Origin: Eledone cirrhosa
Taxonomy: Eukaryota
DNA length: 64,000 bases
Direction of reading: 5' to 3'
Assembly: GCA_964016885.1 (NCBI GenBank)
Contig: OZ024760.1
Location: 310,001 to 374,000 of the forward strand
Program-made: the position numbers and the translations under genes
Notes under the pieces: model-generated
Database searches by the model: none
What the model was told of the DNA's origin: nothing
The model's input: the letters and a program-made list of their open reading frames with translations, nothing else
Part shown: positions 1-13,387 of the stretch, piece by piece
Numbering within the stretch: position 1 is the stretch's first letter
Layout of the letters: every line of letters begins with the position of its first letter

Positions 1-427
1 TGATAGTTTGTAAAAATTTTACATAGATCTATATGATATACATACCAACACACACATATATATCCTAGAAACGATCGTAAAATGATGAATTTTTTAATAT
101 AAGGAACTGTTTCTTTGTTTTTATTCATTATTTTTATTAATTTATATGTTTATATATATATGTATATATATATATATATGTATATATATATGTGTATATA
201 TATATATATGTATATATATATATTTCGTTTCTGAATTTGTTTAGCAAGATACTTTATCTGAAAACGTGTGTTGAAACCGATAATGTTATACTTTGGGAGG
301 GTCATGTTGCCAATAAGAAACACACGCACAAGTTGCTTTCACTTCAATTTATTATAATAAATTTATAAATTTAGGAATTTATAAATTTCCGGTTGGTTGG
401 TTCCACAACCAGATGATTGTTTATATA

Positions 428-473
428 TTGTCAAAGTTCTTTCGTCACACATTCTGTGACCTCTTCAGTGACT
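428..473 (-). ncRNA. Minimal type I hammerhead ribozyme (family A)
   Basis: The minus strand reads GTCA-CTGAAGA-G-GTCAC-loop-GTGAC-GAAA-GAAC-TT-TGAC. Confidence 0.75.
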
Positions 474-883
474 GGGGATTCTTTTCTTTGTTTTTGTGCT
501 TCTCCTTTGTTCTGTCCTACGCCATCTTGTTTTTGTGTGTGTGTTGTGTGCCTAGTTTGCGCATGTGTTACATCCGGGTGTCTGTGTGTGTTTATATTCG
601 TTTACTTATTTGTTTATTTACATGTTACTGGTTGGTTGTTTGTTCTATGTGCGTGTGTGTTTTCATTTTGTCCTTAATTGTAAGTTGTGATGTTGCTGTT
701 CCACTCATGTTTTCTATTTAATTTTGGTTGGAGTTCATTTATGTTTATTGGCTCTGTGATTTGTCTAAACATTGCGTCTTTTCTGTGTGTAGATTCTATT
801 TTTATTTCTATGTTCTCTAATTTACCCTTATGTTCTATTTTTGCATGTTGGTAGAGTACAGATGATTCTTTACTATCTTGAAG

Positions 884-1130
884 ATCAGATATTTGGAAGT
901 CATGGGTTTGGCATAATGGGAATGGAGGATTTGTTTTTTGTTATTAATGGTATCTAACCAGAGCTCTGTGTCTAGTACAGGTAATCGATATCTGATCCAC
1001 CGAAACTCAGCTGTTTCGGACCATACCAAAATCAACATACTGATTGCGGATTTGGTACGAGTAATGATAAACGTGTCCCGCATGTGCAACCCCGAAGAAC
1101 TAGAGAGACACACATACAACACTTCATCCA
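884..1130. pseudogene. PLE reverse transcriptase C-terminal/thumb fragment split by an inversion
   Basis: The minus strand at 884-985 reads LPVLDTELWLDTINNKKQILHSHYAKPMTSKYLI. The plus strand continues YLIHRNSAVSDHTKINILIADLVRVM. Confidence 0.8.
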
Positions 1131-1196
1131 CCGTATGCAGTTCTCTGGTTACAATCAGAGAGATAAAATCAGAGTATATAGAGGAGCCAGAACCAA

Positions 1197-1868
1197 ATGG
1201 GAAAAATGGTAAATAATGACACAAATGGGACCTGCCTCTTGTATAGGAGCAAATTTTGGAATAGAATAGAAAGAACTAGGAATAAGGCTAATAGAATAAA
1301 CTCATGGTATGATAGCAATAAATACCAGAGTGTAATGTTCATCGATACAACCCCTAGAAGTGAATTAGCTTACAAACTTAGAAGGGCCCTAGATAAACAT
1401 AAACTCAATATTAAGATAGTAGAAAGACCAGGTACCTCCATAAAAACACGTATTAGCAATACATACCCTTTTCAAAGACCTCCCTGTATAGATAAGAAAT
1501 GTATAATCTGTAAATTAAGCCCCCATATTAACTGTAAAACTAGAGATGTAGTATATAGCATAAGATGTACTGAAGGACAATGTAGAGATAAAAATATAGT
1601 GTACATAGGTGAGACAGCTCGTAGTATAGGGGAACGGATAAATGAACACCGGCGAGACCTTCAAGAGAGTAAAGAATCATCTATACTCTACCAACATGCT
1701 AAAATAGAACATAAGGGTAAATTAGAGAACATAGAAATAAAAATAGAATCTACACACAGAAAAGACGCAATGTTTAGACAAATCACAGAGGCAATAAACA
1801 TAAATGAACTCCAACCAAAATTAAATAGAAAACATGAGTGGAACAGCAACATCACAACTTACAATTAA
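1197..1868 (+). CDS. C-terminal linker + GIY-YIG endonuclease of PLE ORF (fragment)
   Basis: C..C..C Zn knuckle, then VVYSIRC...[17 protein letters not shown]...H...H...RQITEA...LNRKHEW. These are PLE GIY-YIG motifs. Confidence 0.9.
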   Translation: MGKMVNNDTNGTCLLYRSKFWNRIERTRNKANRINSWYDSNKYQSVMFIDTTPRSELAYKLRRALDKHKLNIKIVERPGTSIKTRISNTYPFQRPPCIDKKCIICKLSPHINCKTRDVVYSIRCTEGQCRDKNIVYIGETARSIGERINEHRRDLQESKESSILYQHAKIEHKGKLENIEIKIESTHRKDAMFRQITEAININELQPKLNRKHEWNSNITTYN

Positions 1869-2070
1869 GGACAACATGAAAACACATACACGCACATAGA
1901 ACAAACAACCAACCAGTAGCATGTAAATAAACAAATAAGTAAACGAATATAAACACACACAGACACCCGGATGTAACACATGCGCAAACTAAGCACACAA
2001 CACACACACAGAAACAAGATGGCGTAGGACAGAACAAAGGAGAGACACAAAAACAAAGAAAAGAATCCCC

Positions 2071-2114
2071 AGTCACTGAAAAGGTCACAGAATTTGTGAC
2101 GAAAGAACTTTGAC
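2071..2114 (+). ncRNA. Hammerhead ribozyme family A, core-mutated copy (CTGAAAA)
   Basis: Same fold as the 428-473 and 53013-53057 copies, but G8 is A at 2081. Confidence 0.65.
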
Positions 2115-2255
2115 AATATATAAACAATCATCTGGTTGTGGAACCAACCAACCGGAAATTTATAAATTCCTAAATTTATAAATTTATTATAATAAATTGA
2201 AGTGAAAGCAACTGGTGCGTGTGTTTCTTATTGGCAACATGACCCTCCCAAAGTA

Positions 2256-2302
<47 letters not shown>

Positions 2303-2364
2303 GTATGTATGTATATGTATATATATGTATGTATGTATATGTATATATATATATGTATATACAT

Positions 2365-2765
2365 GGGAGAGATGACCCCTTAGCCTTTGTCAAGGCAGAA
2401 TTCTAGGAGAAGGAAAACTCTGATATAACACCTGCAACCCTGATGGTATCCAATGATGTTGACTTGTTCTTCTTTTTGGTAAATATCATCTTGGTTAAGA
2501 GAGTGGGACTGGCTTTGTGCAGTGCCTTTGCTCACTATAAAAGCTTCACGGCACAGGCATTGCTTTATATCTGGAGATCTCTCTGCACTTGTCCTCACAT
2601 GGTACCATGGGCCCAGCACTATGTGTCAATAATTGTCACAAGTTTGTACCAGAGGTTTCAAGTCGCTGGCTGGACAAAAAGTCACACTCGTTCAGCGCTT
2701 CGGTAGGGGTTCTCCTACATGGATATAAAGTAGTGGCCGTACTCGAAAACGAGTTGGCAGCCACC
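2365..2765 (+). mobile_element. Dispersed repeat resembling the 5' UTR of RTE-clade LINEs
   Basis: Contains TCTAGGAGAAGGAAAACTCTGATAT. Related copies lie at ~30610-30880 (+) and ~60660-60898 (-). Confidence 0.5.
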
Positions 2766-2866
2766 ATATATATATGTATGTATATGTATATATATATATA
2801 TGTATGTATGTATATGTATATATATATATATGTATGTATGTATATGTATATATATATATATGTATG

Positions 2867-2998
<132 letters not shown>

Positions 2999-3121
2999 TA
3001 TATGTATATATATATATAAAAAGAATTAGTATATCTACCAACATATGTATACAGATGCATACCTATGCTAGCAAATATATAGGTTTTGTCTTAGTAACTT
3101 AAAAAGGGGATGCAGAACAAT

Positions 3122-3614
3122 TATATGAAAGACGTAAAATAAGAGAATTATGAAAATCAACTTACTTACTAAAATTTCACTCCAACTAATTAGTTTCTGT
3201 AAGGGAATAAATATGGTTACGGAACGTAATCATAGAGAATCCTTACGTCCTCAGGGAGTCTATTCCCAGTTAAGTTCGCAAGCAATGCGTCGACACAGGG
3301 AACTCATATAAAAATAATTCAGTGGATGGAAAAAAGCGAGCGGGGACTAAATTCCAGGACATTGAAAAAATTCACTGCCTACTTGGTCAGTGGCAAATTC
3401 AAAAGAATCAATCACGTTTACACTGAATTATTTTTATATGAGTTCCCTGTGTCCACGCATTGCCTTGGAACTTAGCTGAGAATAGATTCCCTGATGACGT
3501 AAGGATTCTCTATGATTACGTTCCGTAACCATATTTATTCCCTTACAGAAACTAATTAGTTGGAGTGAAATTTTAGTAAGTAAGTTGATTTTCATAATTC
3601 TCTTATTTTACGTC

Positions 3615-3622
<8 letters not shown>
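3122..3622. mobile_element. Fold-back element, family B: ~200-bp inverted arms, each carrying an HHR
   Basis: 3122-3324 is the reverse complement of 3421-3622. The HHR at 3486-3566 reads ATTCC-CTGATGA-C-GTAAGG...CCTTAC-A-GAAA-CTAATTAG-TT-GGAGT. Confidence 0.85.
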
Positions 3623-4473
<851 letters not shown>

Positions 4474-4630
4474 GTGGTCTACCCTTGGTGGTAGGGTCTG
4501 TACCGTAGGTAGAACTCAATGTAATCCAATGGCGAGTAATTCAGTGAAGTCCATAGAAAGGTTCCTTGTTCTGCTGAGTTAATTCCTTAGATATAGAGTC
4601 ATATATTACGTATTAATTTAACAATGAAAA

Positions 4631-4821
4631 TAATTGTTTCTACTTTTGGCACAAGGCTAGCAATTAATCCAGTGTATTACTGGTACTTTATTTTATTGAC
4701 CCGGTAAGGATGAAAGGCAAAGTTAACCTCGGCGGGATTTGAACTCAGATCATAAAGGGCCGTAACTGTATGCTGCAAAGCATGGCGCCCGACCCGCTAC
4801 CGATACTGCCAATTCACCGCC
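4631..4821 (-). mobile_element. tRNA-derived SINE, family 1
   Basis: A/B-box-like head (TGGCAG...GG, GAGTTCAAATCC) and a conserved core GCCTTTCATCCTT..GGGTCRATAAAATAAAGTACCAG resembling the Meta/MESC-type SINE domain. Confidence 0.8.
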
Positions 4822-5349
4822 ACATAATACACCAAAGCAACGAAAATACATTGAGGTTAGATCACATATATGTATATGAAAGTGTCGGGACCCCAACGGC
4901 TGAGCCCTTACCGTTTCAACAGCTAGTTCCAGTCGGGATTTTTTCGGTGTTTCAAATCGGCTGGTTCTGAAGAGAGAGCCAGTACTAATACTGACGTTTT
5001 TAAGACTCTGTCAAATGTGTCGAAATTATAAAACATTTTATGTACCGTTTCGAAATGCAAAACACTTAATAATCTTAAATAAACGATCAAATAAATATAA
5101 TTAAAAAATAATTAATTAATGCATTTTAATGCATTTTAATAAATTTAATTGCTGAAAATTAAATCGTGAAAAACATATTTCTTAATTAATTCTAATCCCC
5201 CACACAACTCGCTTGGTTTTCATTCAAATTCAGCGGTTCTGATATTGAAAAATTAATTAAAGACACACACGTATCTCAATTAAATTAAAGCAATGTCTTC
5301 TTGTTGTCGTTGTCGTCGTCGTTGATGTTGTTGTTGTTGTCTTCTCCCC

Positions 5350-5421
<72 letters not shown>

Positions 5422-5564
5422 AGCTCTCTTTCTCTCGCTCTCTTCCTCTCTCTTTCTCTCGCTCTATTTCTCTGTTTCTCTCGCTCTCTCTCGTTCTCTC
5501 ATTCTTTCTCTCTCTTTCTCATTCTCTCTCTCACTTTCTGTCTCTCTCTTTCTTTCTCTCTCTT

Positions 5565-5651
<87 letters not shown>

Positions 5652-5752
5652 GTACATAACATACCAGATCATTGACCACTCCCCATGACAGACAAGATAA
5701 ACAACAAACTTTTAGCATTTTTGCTTTGACTGCATGCCCATATATGGACAGT

Positions 5753-5862
5753 ACTCCTTGATAAGGTTAGCTAGATTCCCGCCATTTTAATACTGGTGGC
5801 TTAGTTCGGATCTAGCTATCGAAACGGCCGGAGCTCAGCCGTCGGGGTCCTGACTCTTTTCC

Positions 5863-5868
<6 letters not shown>
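5753..5868 (+). ncRNA. Type I HHR family C with long stem II, degenerate core
   Basis: ACTCC-TTGATAA-G-GTTAGCTAGAT...ATCTAGCTATC-GAAA-CGGC-loop-GCCG-TC-GGGGT. All three stems are present, and the core differs from CTGATGA at 2 positions. Confidence 0.7.
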
Positions 5869-5894
<26 letters not shown>

Positions 5895-5950
5895 ATTATA
5901 TCGTGTGTGTATACATGTGTATGTATGTATTTCATGTACACACACACACA

Positions 5951-5987
<37 letters not shown>

Positions 5988-5991
<4 letters not shown>

Positions 5992-6080
5992 GTTTCTACT
6001 TTTTGGCACAAGGCCAGCAATTACCCAGTGCATTACTGGTACTTTATTTTATCGACCCCGTAAGGATGAAAGGCAAAGTT
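5988..6080 (-). mobile_element. SINE family 1, 3' fragment
   Basis: Matches the core and tail of other copies. Confidence 0.75.
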
Positions 6081-6269
6081 ATAATGTAAATGTATTATAT
6101 AGTGTGTGTATGTATGGATGTATATATATACACATACACACACATTTGAGGAGGATCACATGACAGTAGAAAATATTTTCATACACCCCCCCCCCCCCCC
6201 CCCCCCCGATCCTAGAAACAAAACAAAGAACAGATATGGATAGAAAAGAATAAAACAACAAGAAAACCA

Positions 6270-6356
6270 ATATATTGGGGCGTCAAGTATGAAATTCGTA
6301 GAAATTTCTTAATTTTTCTACAAATTTCTACAAACGTCATACTTGACGAACCGATA
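6270..6356. mobile_element. Tiny mariner-like MITE (TIR TATTGGG..GTCAAGTATGAAATT)
   Basis: Palindromic and TA-flanked. Further copies at 49017-49098 and 57976-58057. Confidence 0.55.
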
Positions 6357-6544
6357 GAAATATTGAAATTATGATCGGAAGGAGACCCTGGAAAGATAGA
6401 AATATATAAAACTTCAGGAATGGGGGCCCAGTGGGGTAGCAAGGGTAGTGTCGAAAATGTAGCATACTTAGATTCTTGTTGATAGCATCATTTACATATT
6501 TTTGTGCTTGTAGAGATAGTTATAGTTGTGTGGTTATAGTTCTG

Positions 6545-7715
6545 TTGGAGGTGGTTGTTGTTGTTGTTGGAGGTGGCGGCGGTTGGTGTGTTGGTGGTGG
6601 TGTTGTTGGTGGTGGTGGTGTTGGTAGTGGTGTTGTTGTTGGGGTGGTGGTGTTAGTCGAAGTGTTGGTAGTAGTGTCGGTGGTGGTGTCGTTTGTGATA
6701 GAAGTGTTGGTGGAGGTGTTGGTAGTGGTGGTGTTGTTGTTGGTGGAGGCGTTGGTGTTGGAGGTGTTGGTTGTGGTGGTGTTGGTGGTTCTGTTGTTGT
6801 TGGTGGTGTTGGTGGTAGTGTTGGTGGTAGTGGCTTTAGAGGAGGTGTTGATATTGTTGTTGGTGGTGTTGGTGTTGTTGTCGGTGGAGGTGTGGGTTGT
6901 GGGGGAGGTGTTGGTAGTGGTGTTGGTGGTGTTGGTGGTGGTGGTGGTCGAGGTGTTGGTAGTGGTGGTGGTCGAGGTGTTTGTAGTGGTGGTGTTAGTG
7001 GTGGTGGCGGTCGAGGTGTTGGTAGTGGTGTTGGTGGTGCTAGCAACAGTGTTAGTGCTAGTTGTGGTGTTGGTGGTGCTATTGATGGTGGTGTTGGTTT
7101 TGGTGCTGGTGGTGTTAGTGTTGTTAGTGTTGTTAGTGTTGTTAGTGTTAATATTGTTAGTATTAGTGTTGTTGTTATTGGTGTTGTTGGTGGCGCTAAT
7201 GGCGGTGTTAGTGCTCGTGGGTGGGTGTTAATGGTGGTGTTGGTATTTTTGCTGGTTGTGGTGTTGGTTTCGGTGCTGGTGGTGTTAGTGTTAATGTTGT
7301 TAGTGTTAATGTTGTTAGCGTTAATATTGTTAGTGTTAGTGTTGTTAGTGGTAGTGTTGTTAGTGTTAATGTTGTTAGTGTTAATATTGTTAGTGTTAGT
7401 GTTGTTAGTGTTAATGTTGTTAGTGTTAATGTTGTTAGTGTTAATGTTGTTAGTGTTAATATTGTTAGTGTTAATATTGTTAGTGTTAGTGTTGTTAGTG
7501 TTAATATTGTTAGTGTTAATGTTGTTAGTGTTAATGTTGTTAGTATTAATGTTGTTAGTGTTAATGTTGTTAGTGTTAATGTTGTTAGTGTTAATGTTGT
7601 TAGTGTTAATGTTGTTAGTGTTAGTGTTGTAGTTATTAGCGTTGTTGGTGGTGCTAATGGCGGTGTTGGTGCTCGTGGTGTGGGTGTTAATGGCGGTGGT
7701 AGTGCTGGTATTTGC
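6545..7715. repeat. GT-rich triplet low-complexity tract with 15-bp unit (TAGTGTTAATGTTGT)n
   Basis: Direct inspection. Confidence 0.9.
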
Positions 7716-8284
7716 GGTATTCAACTAGAGTGTTGCTATATGCAGGACAGCTGTCGCTTTGCTTTCTTATCATTGTGGCTCACTCAAGGGGGGTTTTCCC
7801 TACATTCCTAATTGTGACGTAAACAACAGCATCGGTTGTTGTAACTTTCAAAATGGCGCTTATCATGAAAAATAACTAACGTAAAAGCGCAATCTCTGCT
7901 TAAAATCTACATTGACGCTTTGTTTGTGTTTTTTTTTGTTTTCTCTCAGCGGAAATTTTTGTGTATGACGGTTCAGGGGTGGGATAAGAGGCGAGGATGT
8001 GGGTGGGGTGTTTTACTCCCGTTTTTGGTTTTATTTATTTATTGTTTAAATTTGCCGCTTATTTTATTATTTGTTTTGTTTTTGTTTTTGTGTATCTGTG
8101 TTGTGTTTTTTTTGTTTTTTTTGTTATTTTTTTTGTATTTCTGTTTTGTTTTGCTCATACACCTGCGGGAAGTAAGAATAAAAATAAAAATGTGTGTGTA
8201 CTATATATATATGTATATATATGTGTATGTATATACTTATATCTATGTATATGTATATATATATGTATATATATATATGTATAT

Positions 8285-8318
<34 letters not shown>

Positions 8319-8422
8319 GTATATGTATATGTATATGTATATATATATATGTATATATATATGTGTGTGTACATATATATATATGTATATGTATATATAT
8401 ATGTGTATATATATATATTTGC

Positions 8423-8456
<34 letters not shown>

Positions 8457-8511
8457 ATATATATATTTGTATATGTATATATATATGTGTGTGTGTGTAT
8501 ATATATATATT

Positions 8512-8546
<35 letters not shown>

Positions 8547-8866
8547 ATATATATATTTGTATATATATATGCGCGTGTGTGTGTGTGTGTGTATAACAAA
8601 AATTTATTTACTGGAGGAAGAGGGAAAGTGGATGGTGTTGGAGGTAACTGGGGAAGAAGGGAGATAATGTTGAGTTGATGGGGTGTGGTGGTGGTGGTGG
8701 TGTGTTGTGGTAGGTGGCGTTAGTAGTGGTTAGGGTAGGTGGTCGTGACGGGTAGTAAAAATTCATCATATCCGCGCTCAAGAGTTCCTTACTATACACA
8801 ATAGACCCAGTGTCAACCATCTTGTGTGTGTGTGTGTATGTATTTATATATGTATGTATGTATATG

Positions 8867-8897
<31 letters not shown>

Positions 8898-9149
8898 ATA
8901 TATATATAATATATATATATATAAAATATATATGTATATATACATATATATATAAAATATGTATATATATATATAAAATATATATGTATATATACATATA
9001 TATATAAAATATGTATATATATATATAATATATATGTATATATACATATATATAAAATATATATATATATATAAAAAATATGTATATATATATATAAAAA
9101 ATATGTATATATATATATAAAATATATATGTATATATATATATAAAATA

Positions 9150-9192
<43 letters not shown>

Positions 9193-10074
9193 TATGCATA
9201 TATATATAATATATAATATGAATATATAATATATGTATATATAATATATATGTATATATATACACACACATACATATACATATGTGTATGTGTTTGTGTG
9301 TGTATGTTTGTAAGTGTGTGACTGTAAATATAACGACACACGTATATATAGATATAATACATACAGGCACATATCTATGTATTATATATCCATATAAATA
9401 TTTGCATATAGTTTCAATATCATCATCATCATCAACAACATCAACACGAACATGAACGATTATAGACAGGTGATGGCTCAATTCAGGTGAATGATCGGAT
9501 ATCGTCATGTCACGTGATTAACTTGAAAGAGGCTCCCGATAACATGTAAAGAATGCAATCATATAAAACCGCAGATACGGGTGATATCCTAGGAACGTGT
9601 TTGATTCCACGATATCAACGTAAAGACGTGCTTTAAATATCATGAAATACATATTTTGTATTTGATGTAACTTTGTGATAATTTTGTGTATTTAGTTTTC
9701 GATTTAGAGATAGGGTTTAAGGGTTAGAGTGAGATTTAGGGTTCGAGTTATCGTTCTTGTTTTACTCCCGTTTCTTTATACTTGCTCGGGTTGCACAAAG
9801 TCCGAACCTTATCCTGGGTTTCATGCCTGGGACGCCAGACCGTCACAGTGCTGAAGCTGCCGTTGGTGGTACTGGTGGCATTCAGTTCCCCTCCCCAGAT
9901 GAGTGGATTGGAAGCCCGCTCAAGGAATCGAAACGCATGACATTACAATTATGAGAGCAAGACCCAGGGACTGGCGCGGGGGAGGAGATGGAAATGTGTT
10001 GCTTTGGATGGCGCCTCTACAATCCTCCCCACTTTCCTCGCCAACTCTACTTTTCAATGGTGAATCCTCACATT

Positions 10075-10635
10075 TGTGAAGGCGCATGGCTTAGTGGTTA
10101 GAGCATTGGGCTTGCAATTTAGAGGTCGTGGATTCGATTCTCGGATTGAGTGATGTGTTGTGTCCTTGAGCAACGTTGCTCCAGTTCACTCAGCTGTAGA
10201 AATGAATTGTGACGTCACTGGTGCCAAGCTGTATCGGTCATTGCTTTTCCCTTGGACAACACCATATATTTACTGTACGTAATGTATATATAATGTACAC
10301 AGTGTATATAGAATGTACATAGTGTATATATAATGTACATAGTGTATATAGAATGTACATAGTGTATATAGAATGTACATAGTGTATATATAATGTACAT
10401 AGTACATAGTATATAATGTAAGTAGTGTATATATAATGTAAGTAGTGTATATATAATGTAAGTCGTGTATATATCAGTTGCGACGTCATTGGTGCCAAGC
10501 TGTGTCAGCCATTGCCTTTCCCTTGGACAACATCGGTGGTGTGGAGAGGGGAGAGTGGTATGCAAACCTTGTCCAGGCTTGTGCCTCGGAGGGAAACTTT
10601 CAAGGTGCAAAACCATGGTCATTCATGATTGAGTG
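10075..10635 (+). mobile_element. tRNA-derived SINE family 2 (CORE-like domain), interrupted by a 20-bp tandem array
   Basis: TGGCTTAGTGG A-box, GGATTCGATTC B-box, and TGTGTCCTTGAGCAA CORE-like motif. Confidence 0.75.
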
Positions 10636-11237
10636 GGGTCTTAGAATAGAATACCTCAGATTTAAAAAAAATAGAGTGAAATAGTTAGTCCGGAAATTTA
10701 CCTTAATATTTGATGCAAATTAGAATGCCCACACTTCCACCCTGAGCAATGAAAACCTGGCAACGAGCCCACAAAGACTAAATCCAAGAAATTTTAATGA
10801 ATTTTAAGCTGAAAACTGAGAAGTTGACGGGACTAGCATGGGTTTCACTGCTATATATATAATTAGGATTTCTTTCCCATCTACCTATAAGTATATATGA
10901 AGGATTTGGGACGCGGCCGCCGAGCATCTGCTGCAGTTTTAACATGAGTTCGGATCTAGCTGTTGAAACTCTACTACCCTAAGTATCGAGTACTCTGGAG
11001 AGTAATGGTCTAACTGGTTTATATATATATATAATGGAAGAACTTTGATAGACTACGTATATATATGTATAACTGTATTTTTTAACCGTTGGTTAATCAA
11101 TGATAAACATTGATTGCCAGATAAATGAACTATGGAGATATAAAAGATACAGAAGAGAAAACCAATCCAAACCAAACAGTGAGTGCATTTTATTATTATT
11201 TCTGGCAATATTATAACAATATGACCCTCCCCAAATA

Positions 11238-11296
<59 letters not shown>

Positions 11297-11304
<8 letters not shown>

Positions 11305-11481
11305 AATGGCTTCTACAGGACTAGAACTGTTTCATGCGGGACAAATCATAAGGGCTTCCTGATGATTTCTCCCGAATGAAACATTTCTAGTCCTGTAGAA
11401 GCCATTTCTATATTAAATATTTATACTCTGCTATGTATTGAGGACCTTACTTACTGTGGTTACCCCTCGATGGAACCCGGG

Positions 11482-11482
<1 letters not shown>
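11297..11482 (+). mobile_element. Fold-back HHR element family E (HHR at 11353-11403)
   Basis: GGCTTC-CTGATGA-T-TTC-TCCC-GAA-T-GAAA-CA..CTG-TA-GAAGCC, with an inverted copy at 11297-11349. Other copies at 24493-24560, 38125-38290, 45961-46097 (-), 56212-56410 and 61518-61590. Confidence 0.85.
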
Positions 11483-11550
<68 letters not shown>

Positions 11551-11624
11551 ATGTATGTGTTTATATCAATATATATACCATACATAGATTTAGACATGTC
11601 GTAGCGTACTACGACAACACATAC

Positions 11625-11945
11625 ACCATACCATATCGTACAATACCATACCGTCCAATACCATACCACACCATACCTTACAGTACAATACCATACCATA
11701 CCATACCGTACCATACCATACCATGCCATACCATACCATGCCATACCATGCCTTGCCATGCCATACCATACCATACCATACCATGCCTTGCCATGCCGTA
11801 CCGTGCCGTACCATACCATACCATACCATACCATGCCATAACGTGCCTTGCCATGCCATACCATGCCTTGCCATGCCGTACCGTACCGTACCATACCATG
11901 CCATACCATGCCTTGTCATGCCATACCATACCATGCCATAACGTG
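11625..11945. repeat. (CCATA/CCATG)n pentanucleotide satellite
   Basis: Direct inspection. Confidence 0.9.
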
Positions 11946-12140
11946 CCACAGCATACTAAAGTAATTAACGCTTCGTTTTGACGTTGTTACTTCATCAGTC
12001 AACCATTGACATCTGTCATAACATGTGTTCCTGTCATGGCAGTCGCAGATCTTATCAGACAAACAACTTAATGACATATCGCAGACGAATAATGTAATAA
12101 TGCCAAATATCCTCTTATTTAAGCGTTTGAATTTTCCCAC

Positions 12141-12171
<31 letters not shown>

Positions 12172-12389
12172 TGTTGTGGTAGTGGTAGTGGTAGTGGTGG
12201 TAGTAGTAGTATTTGTTGTAGTTGTTGTTGTTATTATTGTTGTTGTTTTTGGTGGTGGTGGTGCTGGTGGAGGTGGTGGTAGTAGTTTTGTTGTAGCTGT
12301 TGTTGTTGGTTTTGATGGTGGTGGTGGTGGTGTTGGTGATGGTGGCGGTGGTGATGGTCATGGTGGTTGTGGTGTTGGTGATGGTGGTA

Positions 12390-12845
12390 GTAGAATTTGT
12401 TGTAGTTGTTGTTGTTGTTTTCGGTGGTGGTGATGGTGGCGGTGGTGTTGGTGGTGGAGATGGTGGTGGTGGTGGTGGTAGTAGTATTTGTTGTTGTTGT
12501 TGTTGTTTTCGGTGGTGGTGATGGTGTCGGTGGTGTTGGTGGTGGAGATGGTGGTGGTGGTAGTAGTATTTGTTGTTGTTGTTGTTTTCGGTGGTGGTGA
12601 TGGTGGCGGTGGTGTTGGTGGTGGAGATGGTGGTGGTGGTAGTAGTATTTGTTGTTGTTGTTGTTTTCGGTGGTGGTGATGGTGGCGGTGGTGTTGGTGG
12701 TGGAGATGGTGGTGGTGGTAGTAGTATTTGTTGTTGTTGTTGTTTTCGGTGGTGGTGATGGTGTCGGTGGTGTTGGTGGTGGTGGTAGTAGTATTTGTTG
12801 TTGTTGTTGTTGTTTTTGGTGGCGGTGTTGGTGGTGATGGTGGTG
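12390..12845. repeat. ~80-bp higher-order tandem repeat of GGT/GTT triplets
   Basis: TTTTCGGTGGTGGTGATG recurs at ~79-88 bp spacing. Confidence 0.85.
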
Positions 12846-12963
12846 GGGTCAGGGTCCGTGCTTTTACGTTTCCCACACCCCGCTCCTCCTTCAATCATCT
12901 CATCTTCTGACTAAGGAATTTTGTGTCGTGAGTAGGTTACAGAGTTGAATATCTGCGGCTATA

Positions 12964-12997
<34 letters not shown>

Positions 12998-13326
12998 GAA
13001 AAATATGAAAACATGGCGTGCTGCGTGGTTGCAAATGGGTTACATATGAATAAAATTAGTCCTTCATTAGTGATCTTCCAGCCTTCATTGGTATTCGTCC
13101 ACGATTTCACAGAACTTATGTTCATCGATTTCAGGGACTTTACTCCTTCTTCCTCACTTTTCGTTGCATTACCATCTTCGTTTGTTTACTGTCTCGCTCA
13201 TTCCCCCTATTTACGTGTCCCAACGACTTTTTTTAGCCGTTGCTCACACCAACCAGAGGTATATGGTCTTTAAAGCGATGAAATACCAATGAAGGTTGGA
13301 AGATCACTGATGAAGGACTAATTTTA

Positions 13327-13381
<55 letters not shown>

Positions 13382-13387
<6 letters not shown>

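Larger units (their letters stand above)
223..2258 (+). mobile_element. Penelope-like retroelement, family A: 5'-truncated, with inverted pseudo-LTR, inserted in (TA)n
   Basis: ~283-883 is the reverse complement of ~1660-2258, and 223-282 is a further stretch of the family A end also seen at ~53210-53270. It contains RT-thumb and GIY-YIG coding remnants, has an HHR in both repeats, and is flanked by TA tracts. Confidence 0.9.

Noticed and set aside
413-721. Hydrophobic Cys-rich ORFs repeated at 1852-2131 and 52763-53069
   Set aside because: Antisense translations of the A/C-rich PLE 3' UTR.
6476-7811. Mucin-like or hydrophobic ORFs (also 15231-16165 and 61679-62878)
   Set aside because: Triplet low-complexity DNA open in multiple frames, with no domains or splice support.
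9705-9745. TTAGGG-like telomeric repeats
   Set aside because: Only 3-4 degenerate units.
10079-10150. tRNA gene (also SINE heads at 23313 and 49340-49411)
   Set aside because: A/B boxes run into SINE cores and the cloverleaf is incomplete.
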